Below, piece after piece: positions 61,605-64,000 of a stretch of 64,000 nucleotides of DNA (the first letter of the stretch is position 1; each line of letters starts with the position of its first letter). The position numbers and the translations under genes are program-made. The notes beneath the pieces were generated by a model. That model was not told where the DNA came from and made no database searches. It saw only the letters and a program-made list of their open reading frames with translations. The DNA comes from Haliotis rufescens. Lineage: Eukaryota. The DNA lies in assembly GCF_023055435.1 (NCBI RefSeq), contig NW_025963979.1, forward strand, positions 4,650,001-4,714,000. Reading direction: 5' to 3'.

Positions 61605-64000
61605 TGCTAAACACAACACAGAGAGGACGGAACTGTGCCTACATGTGAGATCGCAAATGCCGCACTGATCAGGAAGATCAAGAGCGACGCTAATAAAGCC
61701 ACACACGGACCCGGAAACGACCTAATACAATGATGTGATCAGCAAACTGAAATCGATGACGTCGACAATGGAGCTACGTCACGGCTTGTTGTGTTCTCCA
61801 AAAAGATGACATCATAGATGGATAACGTCAACAATCAGCTGACGTCAGAGATGATCAGACTCTCTGCACTGCACGCGACAGACGGATGTGCTGCTTTCGG
61901 GAACCACATGTCGGCATAACAAAGGCCAGTACTGATCAGATGGCACTGGTGTTTGGATCAGGTAAGCTTATATTTTAAGTTCCTTGAGGTGAAAACATTC
62001 TTAATTGGTATCTAAACACTGTTGAAAGCTGAAAAGTGATAATGGCGCGCGTCCAGAAGACTGTTACGGCTTTTTTTTTATGTTTCATTGATCTTTACGT
62101 CTTTATTTTCTTGTCATTTCAATTGATTTGACAAAGTCGACGTCGATGTTGAAGCTGTCCCACGCGGACGTAACCTTTGACGTAATTTAATAGTCTACCA
62201 ATGAATTAATTTTTCTGTTTTCATGCGACGCAAGCAGGTCATCAAAACATGTTATACATGCTAGTCTAATGATGAAGCAGCCACAAGACTATGGTTACTG
62301 AGATTAATAACGTCTGACAACCGTCCCAAATGCCTGGATTGTCTGTTTCGGGAGGTGATTGTATATTGTCAATATTGCAGGAAATAAAGGCTTATGTTTT
62401 GGAATACGTTGGTCGGGATCCTTTCCTGTACATCTCTGTCGCAATCAGTGAATGAGAAACACTGTGTTGCTTTACAATACCCATCTGTAGTAACCACGAA
62501 GTGCTACAGAGTACAAATATTCCAACGATTCCTACATGCTTTGAAAAGGCAGCAATAGATGCGGATGTAGGTGTAACATGACTTCTTTTGTTCATGATTT
62601 GATGAGTAATCGCTTGAATGAAGCTAAATGCAGTCTGGTATTAATTTTTGTAACGTATTCTCGGTGGGCGACCATGGAGATCTCATCATAGACGATTCGT
62701 TGACGCATTGACGCATGGTCAAGAGGCATGTCAGTGTCCTCCCGGCTCTACATGTCCGTTTCCGGGAATTGATTGGTGATGACTAGTGCAGTTTGCCTGT
62801 ACTTTGTTAGCCGCCTGCGCTAAACACAACACAGAGAGGACGGAACTGTGCCTACATGTGAGATCGCAAATGCCGCACTGATCAGGAAGATCAAGAGCGA
62901 CGCTAAAAAAGCCACACACGGACCCGGAAACGACCTAGAAAACAATGATGTGATCACCAAACTGAAATCGATGACGTCGACAATGGAGCTACGTCACGGC
63001 TCGTTGTGTTCTCCAAAAAGATGACATCATAGATGGATAACGTCAACATTCAGCTGACGTCAGAGACAATCAGACTCTCTGCACTGCACGCGACAGACGG
63101 ATGTGTTGCTTTCGGAAACCACATGTCGGCATAACAAAGGCCAGTACTGATCAGATGGTACAGGGTGCCGTTGTACAAAACAACCTTAGCGCTAAGGTTA
63201 CCTTATATCCTTAGTGTTAACCTTAGGCCTTTACTAAGGTTGACCCCCTGTTGCATGAAACTACCTTACGCTAAGGTAGCCTTAGTTAAGGTGAAAATTT
63301 TAAGGTTGGTCAGACCCAACCTTAGCCACGCTAAGGTTGATACTTCATTGAATTTCAACATGGCTACTTTCTTGTTGATGTGTGAGGAATGATAGATACA
63401 CAAATTTGATCTCATTTACAAAGTAACGATGCTGCATCAGCTAGGTTGAATGTATGGTAAAACTTACTTTGCGGCTATTGCATCCCACTCCCTCATTTTG
63501 GATTGATTAGTGATTGTTGAAGAAAATGCGCCGAATAAAACATGGCTGCGACACTTGACTTCATCGGCCAAGAGTGTCAGCTTACTTGATGTAAAGTTTG
63601 ATTGCCGACACCGTTTCTGTGCACTGGTAGACGGCTGTGTCATGTTGAAGTAGCAATATTAGTCGTCTGCAGATGCGAGCAGGGGAGATAACTCTCAACC
63701 GTAACTACGGACATAATTGAGTCTCCCACACTAAAGAGTTCAACCTTAGTTAAGGTTGCCGCTAAGTATCCTGTCCACGTTAAGGTTGTTTTGTGCAACG
63801 GGCGTAACGTTTTGATAAGGTTACCTTAAGATTAACCTTAGTAACTAAGTTCAACCTTAGTAAAGGTTGTTTTGTACAACGGCACCCTGGTGTTTGGATC
63901 AGGTAAGCTTATATTTTAAGTTCCTTGAGGTGAAAACAGTTTTAATTGGTATCTAAACACTGTTGAAAGCTGAAAAGTGACAATGGCGCGCGTCCAGAAG
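61605..64000 (+). repeat. Tandem duplication with a ~1.2-kb unit (61605-62818; 62819 to beyond the window end)
   Basis: GCTAAACACAACACAGAGAGG...GCGCGTCCAGAAG is present twice. The second copy is split by the 63164-63886 insertion. Confidence 0.9.
63164..63886 (-). mobile_element. Non-autonomous Harbinger element retaining an exon of its Myb/SANT-like gene
   Basis: TIR GGTGCCGTTGTACAAAACAACCTT, flanked by CAG and CTG, with many AACCTTAG/CTAAGGTT subterminal motifs. 63643-63468 encodes MTQPSTSAQKRCRQSNFTSSKLTLLADEVKCRSHVLFGAFSSTITNQSKMREWDAIAA, followed by GTAAGT. Confidence 0.82.

Overview
AT-rich, intron-rich animal genomic DNA. The repeat content suggests a mollusc, possibly a gastropod (inference). 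There is one 180-N gap. Five spliced genes can be built by hand with consistent splice phases: the 5' end of COX10 (-), RPP21 (+), the selenoprotein MSRB1/SelR (-), a FAM227A-like gene (+, 15 exons) and a TK2/dNK-family deoxynucleoside kinase (-, 10 exons). COX10/RPP21 and MSRB1/FAM227A are head-to-head pairs. Main points of interest: (1) MSRB1 has an in-frame UGA (Sec93) and a well-folding but non-canonical SECIS candidate (GUGA core, AGAG instead of AAA), only 26 nt after a second UGA used as the stop. (2) FAM227A has a U12-type AT-AC intron. (3) The kinase has dCK-like residues in the base-specificity pocket of a dNK/TK2 scaffold. (4) A decayed DIRS tyrosine-recombinase retrotransposon is accompanied by several short non-coding elements that share its terminal repeat architecture. 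Introns and intergenic DNA also hold Tc1, mariner, Harbinger, hAT-type MITEs, HINE-like elements, tRNA-derived SINEs and five minisatellite arrays. All family assignments come from remembered motifs; no searches or folding programs were run.
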